NCBI GenBank assembly: GCA_963718895.1
Contig: CAVRAG010000008.1
Coordinates: 128,001 to 192,000 of the forward strand
DNA: 64,000 bases
Reading direction: 5' to 3'
From: an uncultured Nitrososphaerota archaeon
Lineage (GTDB): Archaea; Thermoproteota; Nitrososphaeria; Nitrososphaerales; Gagatemarchaeaceae
Every line of letters starts with the position of its first letter. Positions within the stretch are counted from its first letter, which is position 1. A program made the position numbers and the translations under genes. Shown piece by piece: positions 40,288-51,269 of the stretch. The notes beneath the pieces are model-generated. The model worked only from the letters and a program-made list of their open reading frames with translations. It made no database searches and was not told the origin of the DNA.

Positions 40288-41567
40288 GCTACGTCGATTT
40301 CACAGGGACGGCGAGAATGAAGCCCGCGACGAGCGGGGAGCTCGATGTCATGCTCGACGAAGGAATCAAGACCTCAAGGGCCAATTTCGCATACAGCCAC
40401 AACGACGGGCCCGTGCGCGGCGCTTCCATGAACATCTCCCAGGGGGACGTCGCCGTCGTGGCCGACCCCGAGACGTTCGTGATCCCGAGCTACACCTCCG
40501 GGGTGGGCCGGTTCCTGGGCGACGTCCATGAGAAGGACGGGACCGTCTCGAAGCTCTGCACGAGGAGCTTCTTTCGGAGGGTTCTGGAGCAGGCAGCTTC
40601 CAAGGGCTACAGGTTCGCTGTCGGCTTCGAGGGCGAGTTCCACCTCGTCAGGCGCGAGGAGGGTAGGGTCGTCAAGGCCGACAACTTCTACACCCACAGC
40701 CAGGAGGGTTTCAACGTGCACCATGTCTTCGTCACGGACCTCGTCGCCGCGCTACGCTCCGTCGAGATCGACACCATCAAGGGGCACGTCGAGGGCGGAC
40801 GAGGTCAGCTCGAGTTCGACATCAGGCACCACGAGGGTATCAAACCGGCGGACGACATCGTATACTTCAAAGACGCTACGAAGGCGATAGCCCGGAAGCA
40901 CGGCTACATCGCCTCATTCATGCCGAAGATTGGCCACGACTGGTGGGGGAACGGGATGCACCTCCACATGAGCCTCGTCAACGCGTCGGGGAAGAACCTC
41001 TTCGACGACCCGAAGGACGGAAGGATGGGACTAAGCCCCACGGCCTACGGGTTCATCGGCGGGATCATCGAGCACCTCCCGGCGCTCTCCGCCATCGCTG
41101 CTCCGATGCCCAACTCCTACAAGCGCATCCTGCCGGGAAAGTGGAACGCCGACGCCGCCGTCTACGGCGCAGGGGCGAGGGGCGCAGCCGTGAGAGTACC
41201 GGACGAGAGGGGAAAAGCTGCGCGCATCGAGTGCCGGTTTCCCGACGGGACGATGAACCCCTACCTGACCCTGGGGTCGATACTCGCCTGCGGGCTGGAC
41301 GGCGTCGAGAGGAAGCTCGACCCCGGGGCGCCGCTCGACGTCGACCTCTCGTTCATGAGCGATCGCGAAATCAGGAAGAAGGGGCTCACGCTCATGCCCC
41401 GCTCGCTCTCCGAGGCCATCTCTGAGCTCTCCAGGGACGACCTCCTCCGCACGACCATGGGCGAAGTGATGTTCGAGGAGTACATCATCAACAAGGAGCA
41501 GGAGGTGGCCCAGATGGCCGACAAGGTCACGCAGTACGAAGTAGACAACATGCTCGACCTGTTCTGA
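40227..41567 (+). CDS. Glutamine synthetase-like gamma-glutamyl ligase
   Basis: GFEGEF, EGGRGQLE, FMPK..GNGMHLHMSL, NSYKRI, RIECRFPDGTMNPYL. Confidence 0.9.
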   Translation: MQRSEIRRAIKDHNLSMLGVSYVDFTGTARMKPATSGELDVMLDEGIKTSRANFAYSHNDGPVRGASMNISQGDVAVVADPETFVIPSYTSGVGRFLGDVHEKDGTVSKLCTRSFFRRVLEQAASKGYRFAVGFEGEFHLVRREEGRVVKADNFYTHSQEGFNVHHVFVTDLVAALRSVEIDTIKGHVEGGRGQLEFDIRHHEGIKPADDIVYFKDATKAIARKHGYIASFMPKIGHDWWGNGMHLHMSLVNASGKNLFDDPKDGRMGLSPTAYGFIGGIIEHLPALSAIAAPMPNSYKRILPGKWNADAAVYGAGARGAAVRVPDERGKAARIECRFPDGTMNPYLTLGSILACGLDGVERKLDPGAPLDVDLSFMSDREIRKKGLTLMPRSLSEAISELSRDDLLRTTMGEVMFEEYIINKEQEVAQMADKVTQYEVDNMLDLF

Positions 41568-41621
41568 GTCGGGGGACCCTCCGGCAAGCCATATTAGCAC
41601 GCCAGCGCCCGGGAAGCCGAT

Positions 41622-42791
41622 TTGAAGCTGGACTTCTCGGCCTACCCGATAATAGACCATCACTGCCACCCGTGGGCGGAGAGCACGAAGGAGATAACGA
41701 AGGAGTCTTTCGTCAACCTCATGAACATGGGGGGCCTCTCGCCGGAAGAGGCGAGAGACCCGGAGAACGTCGTCCACTCCGAGTTCACACCAATGGGCCG
41801 CCAGATAATGCACCTGATGGCGGAGTTCCTTGGGTGCAGCCCGAAGCTCTCGGACATCATCGAGGCGAGGAATCGGAGGGCAGGGAAGAACTACTGGGAG
41901 TACTGCGGAGAGCTCTTCTACGACGCCGGCATCGAGGGACTCTTCGTCGACGACGGCTACTCCGAGGTCTCCGTCGGCAGCGGACTCGCCCGGAACAACC
42001 TCGACGAATTCGAGAAGTCGCTCGCCGTCCCCATGAGGAGGGTCGCCCGCGTAGAGCCGAGGTTCCAGACGGCGGTCGACGAGTCCAGCGGCTTCGAGGA
42101 TTTCTTGGACAGGTTTGACAGATCGCTCGAAGACGCCGCGAAGGGGCAGCACGCTATCGCATTCAAGTCCGTGATCGCCTACAGGAGCGGCCTCCACATC
42201 GAGAAGCCCACCGACGAGGAGGTCAGGAAGGACTACGAGCGATCGAAGGCGACGAGGGCGAGGGACGTCAAGCACATCCGAGACTGGTACGTCAGGCACG
42301 TCATCTCCAGGTGCAGGGAGCTCGGCACGGCATTCCACATACACGCGGGGATGGGCGACATCGACGTGGTCTTCGACAGGTGCAACCCGATGCAACTCTA
42401 CGGGTTGCTGAAGGACCCGGAGACCTGGAAGACCAAGGTCTTCCTTGTCCACGGTGGCTACCCGTTCTCCCAGGAGGCGGCCTTCTACGCGAACGCGCTG
42501 AAGAACGTCTACGTCGACCTCTCCGAGATGATACCCTTCGCAAGCGTCCCGGGCGCCATCGAGAAGACCACACAGATCCTCGACATGGCTCCGCCTGCGA
42601 GAGTCGTCTTCGGCTCGGACGGCGTCGTCATCCCTGAGATACACTGGGCCGGCGCCAAGATCGGGAGGCGCGTCCTGGAGGAGTCTCTGGCGACTTTCGT
42701 GAGGACCGGCGTCTACGACGAGGACGAGGCGCACCAGGCCGCTAAGCTCATCCTCGCCGAGAACTCGAGGCGCGTCTACAGGCCCTGGTGA
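41622..42791 (+). CDS. Amidohydrolase (FluG/NodGS N-terminal-like)
   Basis: IIDHHCH, FKSVIAYRSGL, HIHAGMGD, LVHGGYPF, FGSDG. Confidence 0.88.
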   Translation: MKLDFSAYPIIDHHCHPWAESTKEITKESFVNLMNMGGLSPEEARDPENVVHSEFTPMGRQIMHLMAEFLGCSPKLSDIIEARNRRAGKNYWEYCGELFYDAGIEGLFVDDGYSEVSVGSGLARNNLDEFEKSLAVPMRRVARVEPRFQTAVDESSGFEDFLDRFDRSLEDAAKGQHAIAFKSVIAYRSGLHIEKPTDEEVRKDYERSKATRARDVKHIRDWYVRHVISRCRELGTAFHIHAGMGDIDVVFDRCNPMQLYGLLKDPETWKTKVFLVHGGYPFSQEAAFYANALKNVYVDLSEMIPFASVPGAIEKTTQILDMAPPARVVFGSDGVVIPEIHWAGAKIGRRVLEESLATFVRTGVYDEDEAHQAAKLILAENSRRVYRPW

Positions 42792-42795
42792 AGCC

Positions 42796-44136
42796 TCACA
42801 TCCCCGTAAAGCCGCGGACCGCGGAGTCGGGGATCCGGCCCTTCTCGACGTCGCCGATGGCGCGCTCGAGGATCTCTGAACCGGCGTCCAGCTCCTCCTG
42901 GGTTATGACGAGAGGAGGCGTCAGCTCCATCACGTTCCCGTCGTCACCGACGAAGACCGTGATGAGCCCGAGCTCCCAGGCCCGGTAGACTATCTTGGCC
43001 GTCTCCCTCCGCGCGGGGGTCTTCTTCTTGCGGTCCTTGACGAACTCGATTCCGAGGAGGAGCCCTTCGCCTCTGACGTCGCCGATGAGCGGGTGGTCCC
43101 TCATCATCTCCACAAGCCTCTTCTTGAACGACCTTCCGATCCTCGCAGCCCTCTCTGCGAGCCGGTCTCTTTCGATGATGTCGATGGTGGCCATGCCCGC
43201 AGCGGCTCCGATGGCGTTCCCCACGAGGGTGGAGTATGCGAACCCTTTCGGGAAGAGGTCCTCCCTGGCTGCCAGCGCGCCGACAGGCATCCCGGATGCT
43301 ATCGACTTTCCAAGGGCAACGGCATCCGGGACGGTCCTGGTGTGGTCCACGCCGAACATCTTCCCCGTCCTTCCGAACCCGATCTTCACCTCGTCGGCGA
43401 CGAGCGCTATGCCGAACTTGTCCGCCGTCCTCCTGAGCAACGGGAGATACTCCTTCGGGGGTATGACGTCCCCGGAGTCGCTCTGCATCGCCTCGACCAT
43501 CATGAACGCGGTATCCTCGGGCGGGCAGACGTGCTTGAAGAGCTGCTCCTCGATGAAGCCGCTTGCGCAGTAGACCCCGCAGCTCGGGTACTCGAGGCCA
43601 TACGGGCACCTGTAGCAGTAGGCGTAGGGGACCTTGGAGACCATGCTGGGGACGCGGTATCTGGCCGTGGACATGATCCCGCCCATCGCCAATCCCGCGA
43701 GGTCAATCCCGTGCATCCCGCCGAAGAACGTGACCGATCTCTCGCGCTTCGTGGCGACTGGGAACAGCTTGTAGGCTGCGGCGCAGGCGTCTGTCCCCGA
43801 ATGGCCGAACCAGACGCGCTTGTCGAAGCGACCCGGCGTCATCGCGATGAGCCGCTCGGCGAACCTAATCGTGGTCTCGCTCGGGAAGGTCCCCCCGGGA
43901 AGACCGGCGGAGAGAGCGACCTCCTGCTTCACTGCCTCGACCACCTCGGGGTTGGAAAACCCGACCCCAGCGACCGTCCAACCGGCGTTGAAATCGATGT
44001 AGTCTCTCCCTTCGATGTCGGTCACGGTGCAGCCGTGCGCCTCCTTCACTATGAGGGGATAGAACATCACCCTGGTCGGGGCCGCGACCGACCTGTCCAG
44101 CCGCGCGAGCGCCTTCTCCGCCCTGGTCGCTTTCAC
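42796..44136 (-). CDS. Class III PLP aminotransferase (GabT-like)
   Basis: YIDFNAG, SGTDA, DEVKIGFGRTG, LGKSIASG, DVRGEGLLLGIE. Confidence 0.92.
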   Translation of the reverse strand: MKATRAEKALARLDRSVAAPTRVMFYPLIVKEAHGCTVTDIEGRDYIDFNAGWTVAGVGFSNPEVVEAVKQEVALSAGLPGGTFPSETTIRFAERLIAMTPGRFDKRVWFGHSGTDACAAAYKLFPVATKRERSVTFFGGMHGIDLAGLAMGGIMSTARYRVPSMVSKVPYAYCYRCPYGLEYPSCGVYCASGFIEEQLFKHVCPPEDTAFMMVEAMQSDSGDVIPPKEYLPLLRRTADKFGIALVADEVKIGFGRTGKMFGVDHTRTVPDAVALGKSIASGMPVGALAAREDLFPKGFAYSTLVGNAIGAAAGMATIDIIERDRLAERAARIGRSFKKRLVEMMRDHPLIGDVRGEGLLLGIEFVKDRKKKTPARRETAKIVYRAWELGLITVFVGDDGNVMELTPPLVITQEELDAGSEILERAIGDVEKGRIPDSAVRGFTGM

Positions 44137-44172
44137 GGCCTCGGCCGAGCGCGCCGCAAATAGATAAGGTTC

Positions 44173-45802
44173 TCAGTAGGTGGCCACGGACCCCTGCCTT
44201 CTGGCGTCAGCCGCGCCCCTCAGCTCACCTCGTCTCCCGACGAGGACGGCGTGAACACCCCCGAAGTACACATCATAGCCGGGTTTCAGTTGTACGTAGT
44301 TCGGCGTCTCCGACTCGAAGCCCATCTGCCTGAGGCGCCTCCTTACCACCACCCCTATCCTGCTCTCCATGCGTATCGCGCCTGTGCCCTGGTAGTGCAT
44401 CCGGGGCGCGTCCACGGCCTCCTGGATGTCGAGGGAGTGGTCCACCACGTTCAGTATCGTCTGGAGGGTCGCCGTCACTATCCGAGGCCCACCGGCGCTC
44501 CCTGCGACGACGTACGGCTCGCCCTCTCGCAGGAGGAGGGTCGGCGCCATGTTGCTCAGGGGCCGCTTCCCCGGCGCGATCGAGTTCGCAGCGCCCGGAC
44601 TCGGGTTGAAGTCATGCATGGTGTCGTTGAGACAGAACCCGGTCCCAGGAGGCGTCACTCCCGACCCGAAGTAGCACTCAATCGATTCGGTGATCGCGGC
44701 GACGTTCCCTTCCCCGTCGACCGCGCTGAGGTGGGTCGTCTGGCTTCCGGCGCCTCTTCCTAGCCGATCCTCCCCTTTCCCCCCGTCCGAACCACAGCTT
44801 TGCCGCGTAGTCCTTCGACGAGAGGGCGGCAACGTCGGAGGTCGAGAAGCCCGGGTCTGACACATCCCTCTTGAGAGAGGGCCATATCACAGAGATCGCC
44901 TTCGCCATCGCGGCTATCGTCTCTGCGGTGTTCAGGCCGGTCCCCGAGATGTCCATGTTCTCCAGGATGTTGAGCAGCTGGACGATCGCCAACCCGCCCA
45001 TGCTCGGCGGCGGCATCGTGCACACATCGAAGCCCCTGTAGCTGCCCGTGACCGGGCGCCTGACCTTCACCTCGTATCGTGCAAGATCGGACTCGTCGAA
45101 CAGGCCACCGTTCTTCGACATATCCCGGACGACCGCCCTGGCGAGCGAGCCTTGGTAGAACGCGTCTTTGCCCTCGCGGCCTATCAGTTCCAGAGAGTTT
45201 GCCAGGTCTGCGCTCACCTTCCGCTCGCCCGTCCTGTAGGTCCGGCCCTGGCTCAGCCAGTTCCTCCCGGTCTCAGGGAACCTCCTGAGCTTGAGCGCCG
45301 CGTTGTCAACGTTGTTCGACATGATGTATCCGAGCAGGCGGCTCACTGCAAAGCCCCTCCTCGCGTATTCGATGGCTGGCGACGCGACGTCTCTGAACTT
45401 CAGTCGGCCGTAGTTCTCGAGCGCGAAGGTGAGTCCGGCCACCGTGCCGGGCACGCCAGCGGCCCTGTACCCCAGGCTGTTGGCGAACCCCTCGGGCTCT
45501 CCCTCTGCGTCCAGGACGAACATGTCCGGCCTTGCGGCTCGCGGTGCGACCTCGCGATAGTCAACGTAGAAGGCCTCTTCGTCCTTGAGTCGCACCAGGA
45601 GGAAGCCTCCGCCCCCTATCCCCGAGAACGCAGGTGCGACGACCCCGAGCGCCAGGCTGGTCGCGACGGCTGCGTCGACGGCGTTGCCTCCGGCCTTCAT
45701 CGCATTGACACCCGCCGCCGAGGCGAGCGGATGCGCTGAGGAGACGACGCCTCTTGTTCCCTTCGCGGAGGACCTCACACATCGCCGCGGCACGGGCCGC
45801 AT
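44173..45802 (-). CDS. ggt: Gamma-glutamyltransferase; frameshift near 44765
   Basis: GGNAVDAAVA, SGIGGGGF, TTHLSAVD (catalytic Thr), PGKRPLSNMAP, GSAGG. Confidence 0.92.
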
Positions 45803-45964
45803 TAAAAAATATGCGGCGGGAACCGGGACTGCGACGTTGACCCGTCCACTTTGCTGAAGCGCAGCCTAACACTTGCACAGTTGGGCGATAACCGCCTTTT
45901 CGAAACGACGCTCATGCGGGGGCAATACGTTCATATATCGCGCCGCGGATGTATTGCCGATAAG

Positions 45965-47581
45965 TTGCAGAATCCGACGAAGTATTTTGCAAGAGATGCG
46001 ACCGGGCTCGTGAGGGAGTTCGGTGCACTAGACACACTTCTCTTCGCTTCGGTGATGGTCTTCGCGCTTGTCTTCACGACGACGCAGTTCGCGTGGTTCT
46101 ACGGCAACACTCTGGGCGCGAACCTAACGCTCACGCTGCTTGTCGCGGCGATACCGTTCGTCTTCCTCATGCTCGCATACTGGGCCATCGGGATCACCAT
46201 GCCGAGGTCGGGCAACGACTACATCTGGATAGGACGAATCTTCCACCCCTCCATTGGTTTCGCCTGGGCCCTTTTCTACATGGTAATCGTCTTCATAGTC
46301 GCCTACGTAGGCGAGGTCAGCCCGTTCGCATACGCAATCTCTGCGTCGCTGACGATCCTCGGTCTGCAGTCTAGCTCATCAAGTCTGACCAACCTGGGTA
46401 CATTCCTCGGCGGCTCTCTCGGCACGCTCGAGCTGGCGAGCCTGTTCACTATAATCTTCGGGGTCTTTGCCCTCTTCGGGACGCGTCTGATCAAGGGCAT
46501 CCTCTATGTCACCTGGCTCGCGGCGATCATAGGGATTGGGCTCATGTGGTACATCCTAGGCTCGACCAGCACCTCGACGTTCATCAGCAACTGGAACGCG
46601 TTCCTCTCCAACACATGCTCGAGCTGCTCCTATCAGGCGCTCCAGACCGCCGGCTCGGCGGGCATGCCAGCCCTCTCAACGGGCTTCGGGGGCGTGATTC
46701 TTGCCCTGCCGCTCGCGTTCCTGTTTCTCTTCGGTGGGAACTACGCCAACGGCTTCGCCGGCGAGATCAAGAACGTCAAGAAGGCCATACCCATAGCGCT
46801 CTTCCTCTCACTCATCTTCGGCATCCTCTACTGGTCGGTCACTTCGACCCTCACGCTCAACACCGTGGGCAGCACCTGGATGACCATCATAGGACACGCC
46901 TGGGATGGCAGCGGCGTTAGCAGCACCGCCTATCCGCTGGCGTACGCCCCATCCCAGCCCCTGCTCCTTGCGGTCGCGGCCTATCCCAACAACGCGCTCA
47001 TCACGGTGATGTTCATCACCTACATCCTCGGCTCCATAGGGGCGCTTTTCACCTACTTCTGGATACCCAGCAAGTACTTCTTCGCGTGGTCATTCGACAG
47101 GGTGCTCCCTACCAAGTTCGCGGACATCAGCCACCGATTCCACACAGCATACCTCTCAGTCCTCGTGATAGTCATCTTGGGCATCGTCCTCTCCTACGTG
47201 TACGCCTATCTGGGATACTCGGTCTACTTCACCATGGGGAGCGTGCTCTGGGGCGCTGCCTACGTGGTACCGGGACTCGCCCTCGCGGCGTTCCCGTTCC
47301 TCAAGAAGGACCTCTTCGCCCAGGCCCCAGGCTGGGTGGCGAAGAAGGTCGCAGGAATCCCCATCGTGACCATCATAGGCATTATCGTGACGGTCGGGTT
47401 CGCCTACGTCGCGGGTGTCGCCTACAACAACCCCGCAATCGGAACGGCCGACGCTTTCAGCGAAGAACTGGCGGTGGGGCTGATAGTGGCAGGCTTCGCG
47501 ATCTACTTCTTGAGCGCGTTCTACCACAAGGGCAAGGGGATGGACCTCGGCATGGCGCTTAAGGAAATCCCGCCAGAGTAG
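45965..47581 (+). CDS. APC-superfamily amino acid/polyamine permease
   Basis: FARDATGLVRE, MPRSGNDY, GEIKNVK, FAWSFDRVLP, KEIPPE; about 12 TM. Confidence 0.88.
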   Translation: MQNPTKYFARDATGLVREFGALDTLLFASVMVFALVFTTTQFAWFYGNTLGANLTLTLLVAAIPFVFLMLAYWAIGITMPRSGNDYIWIGRIFHPSIGFAWALFYMVIVFIVAYVGEVSPFAYAISASLTILGLQSSSSSLTNLGTFLGGSLGTLELASLFTIIFGVFALFGTRLIKGILYVTWLAAIIGIGLMWYILGSTSTSTFISNWNAFLSNTCSSCSYQALQTAGSAGMPALSTGFGGVILALPLAFLFLFGGNYANGFAGEIKNVKKAIPIALFLSLIFGILYWSVTSTLTLNTVGSTWMTIIGHAWDGSGVSSTAYPLAYAPSQPLLLAVAAYPNNALITVMFITYILGSIGALFTYFWIPSKYFFAWSFDRVLPTKFADISHRFHTAYLSVLVIVILGIVLSYVYAYLGYSVYFTMGSVLWGAAYVVPGLALAAFPFLKKDLFAQAPGWVAKKVAGIPIVTIIGIIVTVGFAYVAGVAYNNPAIGTADAFSEELAVGLIVAGFAIYFLSAFYHKGKGMDLGMALKEIPPE

Positions 47582-47603
47582 AAGACCAGAGACCCCTGTG
47601 AGC

Positions 47604-48269
47604 TCACATCAGTAGCGCCACGGGGCGCGTTATCCCGGCCGTCCCGCCGGCGAGCGCGATCGGCGTCCCGACGAAGAGAAAGTCTTTGCCGACGAGCTTG
47701 TCCAGGTTGTTAAGGTTCTCGAAGATAACGACGTCCTTCGGTAGCAGCGTCTTGTGGGCCTCGAAGGGAGCATGGTCCGGCCCCGGCGCGTCAATCCCCA
47801 CCGCCTCGACCCCGAGGGCAGTGAGGTACTCCGCTGCTTCCCTCGTGATGTCAGGATGCTCCATCCAGTCGGGCGTGGTGTTCTTCGAAGTGTAGTCCAA
47901 GTGGAACAGCACGATCCAGCCCTTGCCTACCTCGCCTGCGTGCCCCGAAGCCTTGATTGCCTTCTCGACGTCGACCTTCCTGATCTGGAACCGCCTTGGT
48001 TTTTTGGAGAAGTCGAGGACGACCCCGTGGCCAACGTAGTGCGAGAGCGGCATCTTGTCGACCGGCGTTCCTCCCGCCACCATGTGCACCGGCGCGTCGA
48101 CGTGTGTCGAGACGTGCTCCACAAAGGACCAGACGTATGACTCGTACCCGTTGTCCCTTATAGTGGTGAAGGTCGTCCGAAGGGGCTGTGGGTATCCCGG
48201 GTAGACAGGGGTGTTCATGCTCGTCATCGGTACCGCGAGATCGATTATCTTCTTGAACGGAAGACTCAA
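47604..48269 (-). CDS. Cyclase family protein (kynurenine formamidase-like)
   Basis: IIDLAVP, PVYPG, HVSTHVDAPVH, GIDAPGPD, ENLNNL. Confidence 0.88.
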   Translation of the reverse strand: MSLPFKKIIDLAVPMTSMNTPVYPGYPQPLRTTFTTIRDNGYESYVWSFVEHVSTHVDAPVHMVAGGTPVDKMPLSHYVGHGVVLDFSKKPRRFQIRKVDVEKAIKASGHAGEVGKGWIVLFHLDYTSKNTTPDWMEHPDITREAAEYLTALGVEAVGIDAPGPDHAPFEAHKTLLPKDVVIFENLNNLDKLVGKDFLFVGTPIALAGGTAGITRPVALLM

Positions 48270-48349
48270 GGTCGTTCTCCCCCTCGAGGACGGACCGGCT
48301 CGTAAAAACCTTTCCAGAGTCGTCAGGTCCGTAGGCCGTTCCAGGGACC

Positions 48350-49168
48350 TCAGATCCGGATGTATCGACCAGAGGGGTCCCTCTGGAGCAGTCCGAACTC
48401 GTCGAGGCAGTCCTTCAAGGCATCGGAGTCGAGGACGGCCCCATCCCGGCACAGCAGGTTCTTCCCGAACGAGCAGGACCCGCAGATTCCGATGCCGCAC
48501 TTCATGCCCCTCTCGAGGCTCGCCTCGAAGTCGACTCCAGCCCTGACCGAGATGTCGTAGAGCTTCCTCATCATGACCTCCGGACCGCAGGTGTAGACCC
48601 TCGAGACCTTCCTCTCCGCTATCAGGCCCTCGGCGAGGTCGGTCGCAAAACCCGCGTGCCCGTAGGACCCGTCGTCGGTCGTGAGGTGAACGTTCTTCTT
48701 CCTGACCACCCTCTGCATCTGCCTCTCGAAGAGCAGGTCCGCCTTGGTCCTGCCTCCTATGACCACGGCCACCTTGCTCCCGGCCCTCACCAGCGCCCTG
48801 GCCAGGGGGAGCATCGGAGCGAGCCCTGTCCCGCCCCCCACGAGAAGGGCGCTGCACCTCTCCACGGTGAAGGGGCGCCCGTAGGGCCCCCTGATTCCGA
48901 TGAGGTCTCCGCGCTTCGCCCGCACGAGCTCGTTGGACCCCGGACCCCACGGTTTTACCGTCACCGAGCAGACCCCCTGCTCGTCGTAGTCCGAGAGGCT
49001 CATCGGGAACTCGTCGTACCCGGGCTCCCAGACCATGACGAACTGGCCGGGCTTCGCGGACGAGCATCCTTCGTCCTTGAAGTAGACGCTGGTTATGCTG
49101 CGGTTCTCCCTCACGTTCCTGATGACCCGCCTGACGCGCGTCCTCTCAGAACCTATGTCCAAGTCCAA
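48350..49168 (-). CDS. pyrK: Dihydroorotate dehydrogenase electron transfer subunit
   Basis: PGQFVMVW, RGPYG, GGGTGLAP, CGPEVMM, MKCGIGICGSC. Confidence 0.93.
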   Translation of the reverse strand: MDLDIGSERTRVRRVIRNVRENRSITSVYFKDEGCSSAKPGQFVMVWEPGYDEFPMSLSDYDEQGVCSVTVKPWGPGSNELVRAKRGDLIGIRGPYGRPFTVERCSALLVGGGTGLAPMLPLARALVRAGSKVAVVIGGRTKADLLFERQMQRVVRKKNVHLTTDDGSYGHAGFATDLAEGLIAERKVSRVYTCGPEVMMRKLYDISVRAGVDFEASLERGMKCGIGICGSCSFGKNLLCRDGAVLDSDALKDCLDEFGLLQRDPSGRYIRI

Positions 49169-50059
49169 CCATCTCCTGCACCTTCCTGTACCCCTTGCGT
49201 TTCATGTACTGCTCGATCCCCCGGTTGACCTTGTGGAAGACGCCGTATCCCTCGTAGAGCGCGGTCCCCACCTCGACGGCGCCGGCGCCAGCGAGGATGA
49301 GTTCGACCGCATGCTCCCAGGTCGAGACCCCGCCGCAGCCTATGATCGGTACCTTGAGGTTCTCGAACAGCTCGTATATCCGCGCGACCGCTATCGGCCT
49401 GATGCCGGCTCCCGAGAGGCCGCCGTACTTGTGGGCGAGCGTCGGTCTCCCGGTCTCGACCTCGATGGCCATCGCCGCCATCGTGTTGATGGCCGTGATC
49501 CCGTCGGCCCCGGAGTCCACAGCCGCCCGGGCGACCTCGAGCGTCCTGTGGGTGTTCGCCGACAGCTTGGCGAAGACGGGCTTCTGGGTCCTTGAGCGGA
49601 CCGCCTTCACGACCGTGGCGACGACCTCGGGGTCGTGGCCGATCTCGGTCCCCACGCCTTCGACGTGCGGGCAGCTCAGGTTGAGCTCGTACGCCAGGAA
49701 CTCGTTGCCGTCAAGTATCTCCACGACGCGCCCGAACTCCACGGGCCCTCCCCCAAATATCGAGACGACCAGGGGAAGGCGACGCCCCCTGACCGAAGAG
49801 AGCTCTTCCGAGAAGGCGCGGGCTCCAGGGTTGGCGAGGCCCACGGCGTTCAGGAGGCCGCTGTCGGTTGCCACCAGCGTGGGGTTCCTGTACCCCTCCC
49901 TGGGCTCGAGCCCTATGGACTTTGAGACCGCGCCCCCGCGCCGGATTCGACGGCGCGGGTGAGGGTCTTCACCGTGACCCCGGCTATCCCAGATGCGAGC
50001 ATCAGCGGGTTCTCGAACCTGATCCCCGCGAAAGAGACCCGCAGCGATGTGCCGACCAA
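49146..50059 (-). CDS. pyrD: Dihydroorotate dehydrogenase class 1B; frameshift near 49935
   Basis: NPLMLASG, NAVGLANPG, ELNLSCPH, GGLSG, IIGCGG. Confidence 0.93.
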
Positions 50060-50129
50060 CGGGCGATACGCCGAATCGCTACCAAGATAACCTTTAAGCC
50101 GATGGCGCGACGCCAAGGGACGTAGCGCC

Positions 50130-51269
50130 TTGTCCGACGATCCAGTCTTGTTCGAGACCGAGGCCGGTCTCGTGCTCATGCAGGGGACGAAGGTCCTCGC
50201 CACGGAAAGGAGGAGCCAGGTCCGAGCCCAGGGTATCGCGAAGATCGGAGAGAGAGCGAGGGCCGAGGGGATGGAATCGATACAGGCGATGGACGCCGAG
50301 GCTTCGCAGGAACTCAGGAAGCTCGGGTTCAGCGTGACCATTCTGACAGAACCCGAGCTCAACGAGCTCAACAGCCGGAAGATCGCGATCATCGTGGCGG
50401 CGGGGCTAGCGCCCGGAGAGCAGGAAGCCCTCGACCTCGTCAGGCAGGGAGCCCTGGAGGCGGCCGAGCGGAAGATCAGCACCGAATCCTCGCGGGAGGA
50501 CCTGCAGCTCGTCCACGGAATCCAGGCGCTCGACGAGCTCGACCGGTTCCTCAACATCACCTCCGAGCGCGTCGCGGAGTGGTACAGCCTGCACTTTCCG
50601 GAGCTCCAGCAGATGATAGGCGACAACGTCGCCCTCTGCAAGGTCATCGTCGAGAACGGGTCGAGGAGCCAGTTCACGGAGGCGAAGCTGGAGGGGAAGG
50701 GCTTCAGCGACAAGAAGATCGAGGCAATCATCACCGCGGCCGAGAGGTCGAAGGGCGGCACCGTCACGGAGAGGGACATGGGGCGGATCGTCGGGCTCGC
50801 GAACGTCGCGCTCGCGGTCTCAGGGGACAGGGACAAGCTCGCCGAGTACGTCGAGTCGACGATGAAGCGGATCGCCCCGAATACCACAAGCGTCGCCGGC
50901 GCCACGATAGGGGCCCGGCTCATCGCAAAGGCGGGGGGTCTGGACAGGCTGGCGAGGCTGCCGGCGAGCACCATCCAGGTCCTCGGCGCCGAGAAGGCCC
51001 TCTTCAGGGCGCTCAGGACGGGCGCGAGGCCTCCGAAGCACGGGATACTCTTCCAGCACGACGCGGTGCACAGCGCGCCGAAGTGGCAGCGGGGAAAGAT
51101 AGCGAGGGCGCTCGCGAACAAGATCGCCATAGCGGCGAGGATAGACTTCTACAGGGGCGAGAAGGAGGAGGCGCTCACCGGTACGCTCGAGAAGAGGCTG
51201 GACGAGATCAGGGTAAAGTATAAGGAGCCAAGGGAGACCGTCGAGCCGAAAAGATCGTTACAGAGATGA
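50130..51269 (+). CDS. nop5: C/D box RNP protein Nop5 (Nop56/58)
   Basis: EWYSLHFPEL, PASTIQVLGAEKALF, PKHGILF, RGKIARALANK. Confidence 0.95.
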   Translation: MSDDPVLFETEAGLVLMQGTKVLATERRSQVRAQGIAKIGERARAEGMESIQAMDAEASQELRKLGFSVTILTEPELNELNSRKIAIIVAAGLAPGEQEALDLVRQGALEAAERKISTESSREDLQLVHGIQALDELDRFLNITSERVAEWYSLHFPELQQMIGDNVALCKVIVENGSRSQFTEAKLEGKGFSDKKIEAIITAAERSKGGTVTERDMGRIVGLANVALAVSGDRDKLAEYVESTMKRIAPNTTSVAGATIGARLIAKAGGLDRLARLPASTIQVLGAEKALFRALRTGARPPKHGILFQHDAVHSAPKWQRGKIARALANKIAIAARIDFYRGEKEEALTGTLEKRLDEIRVKYKEPRETVEPKRSLQR

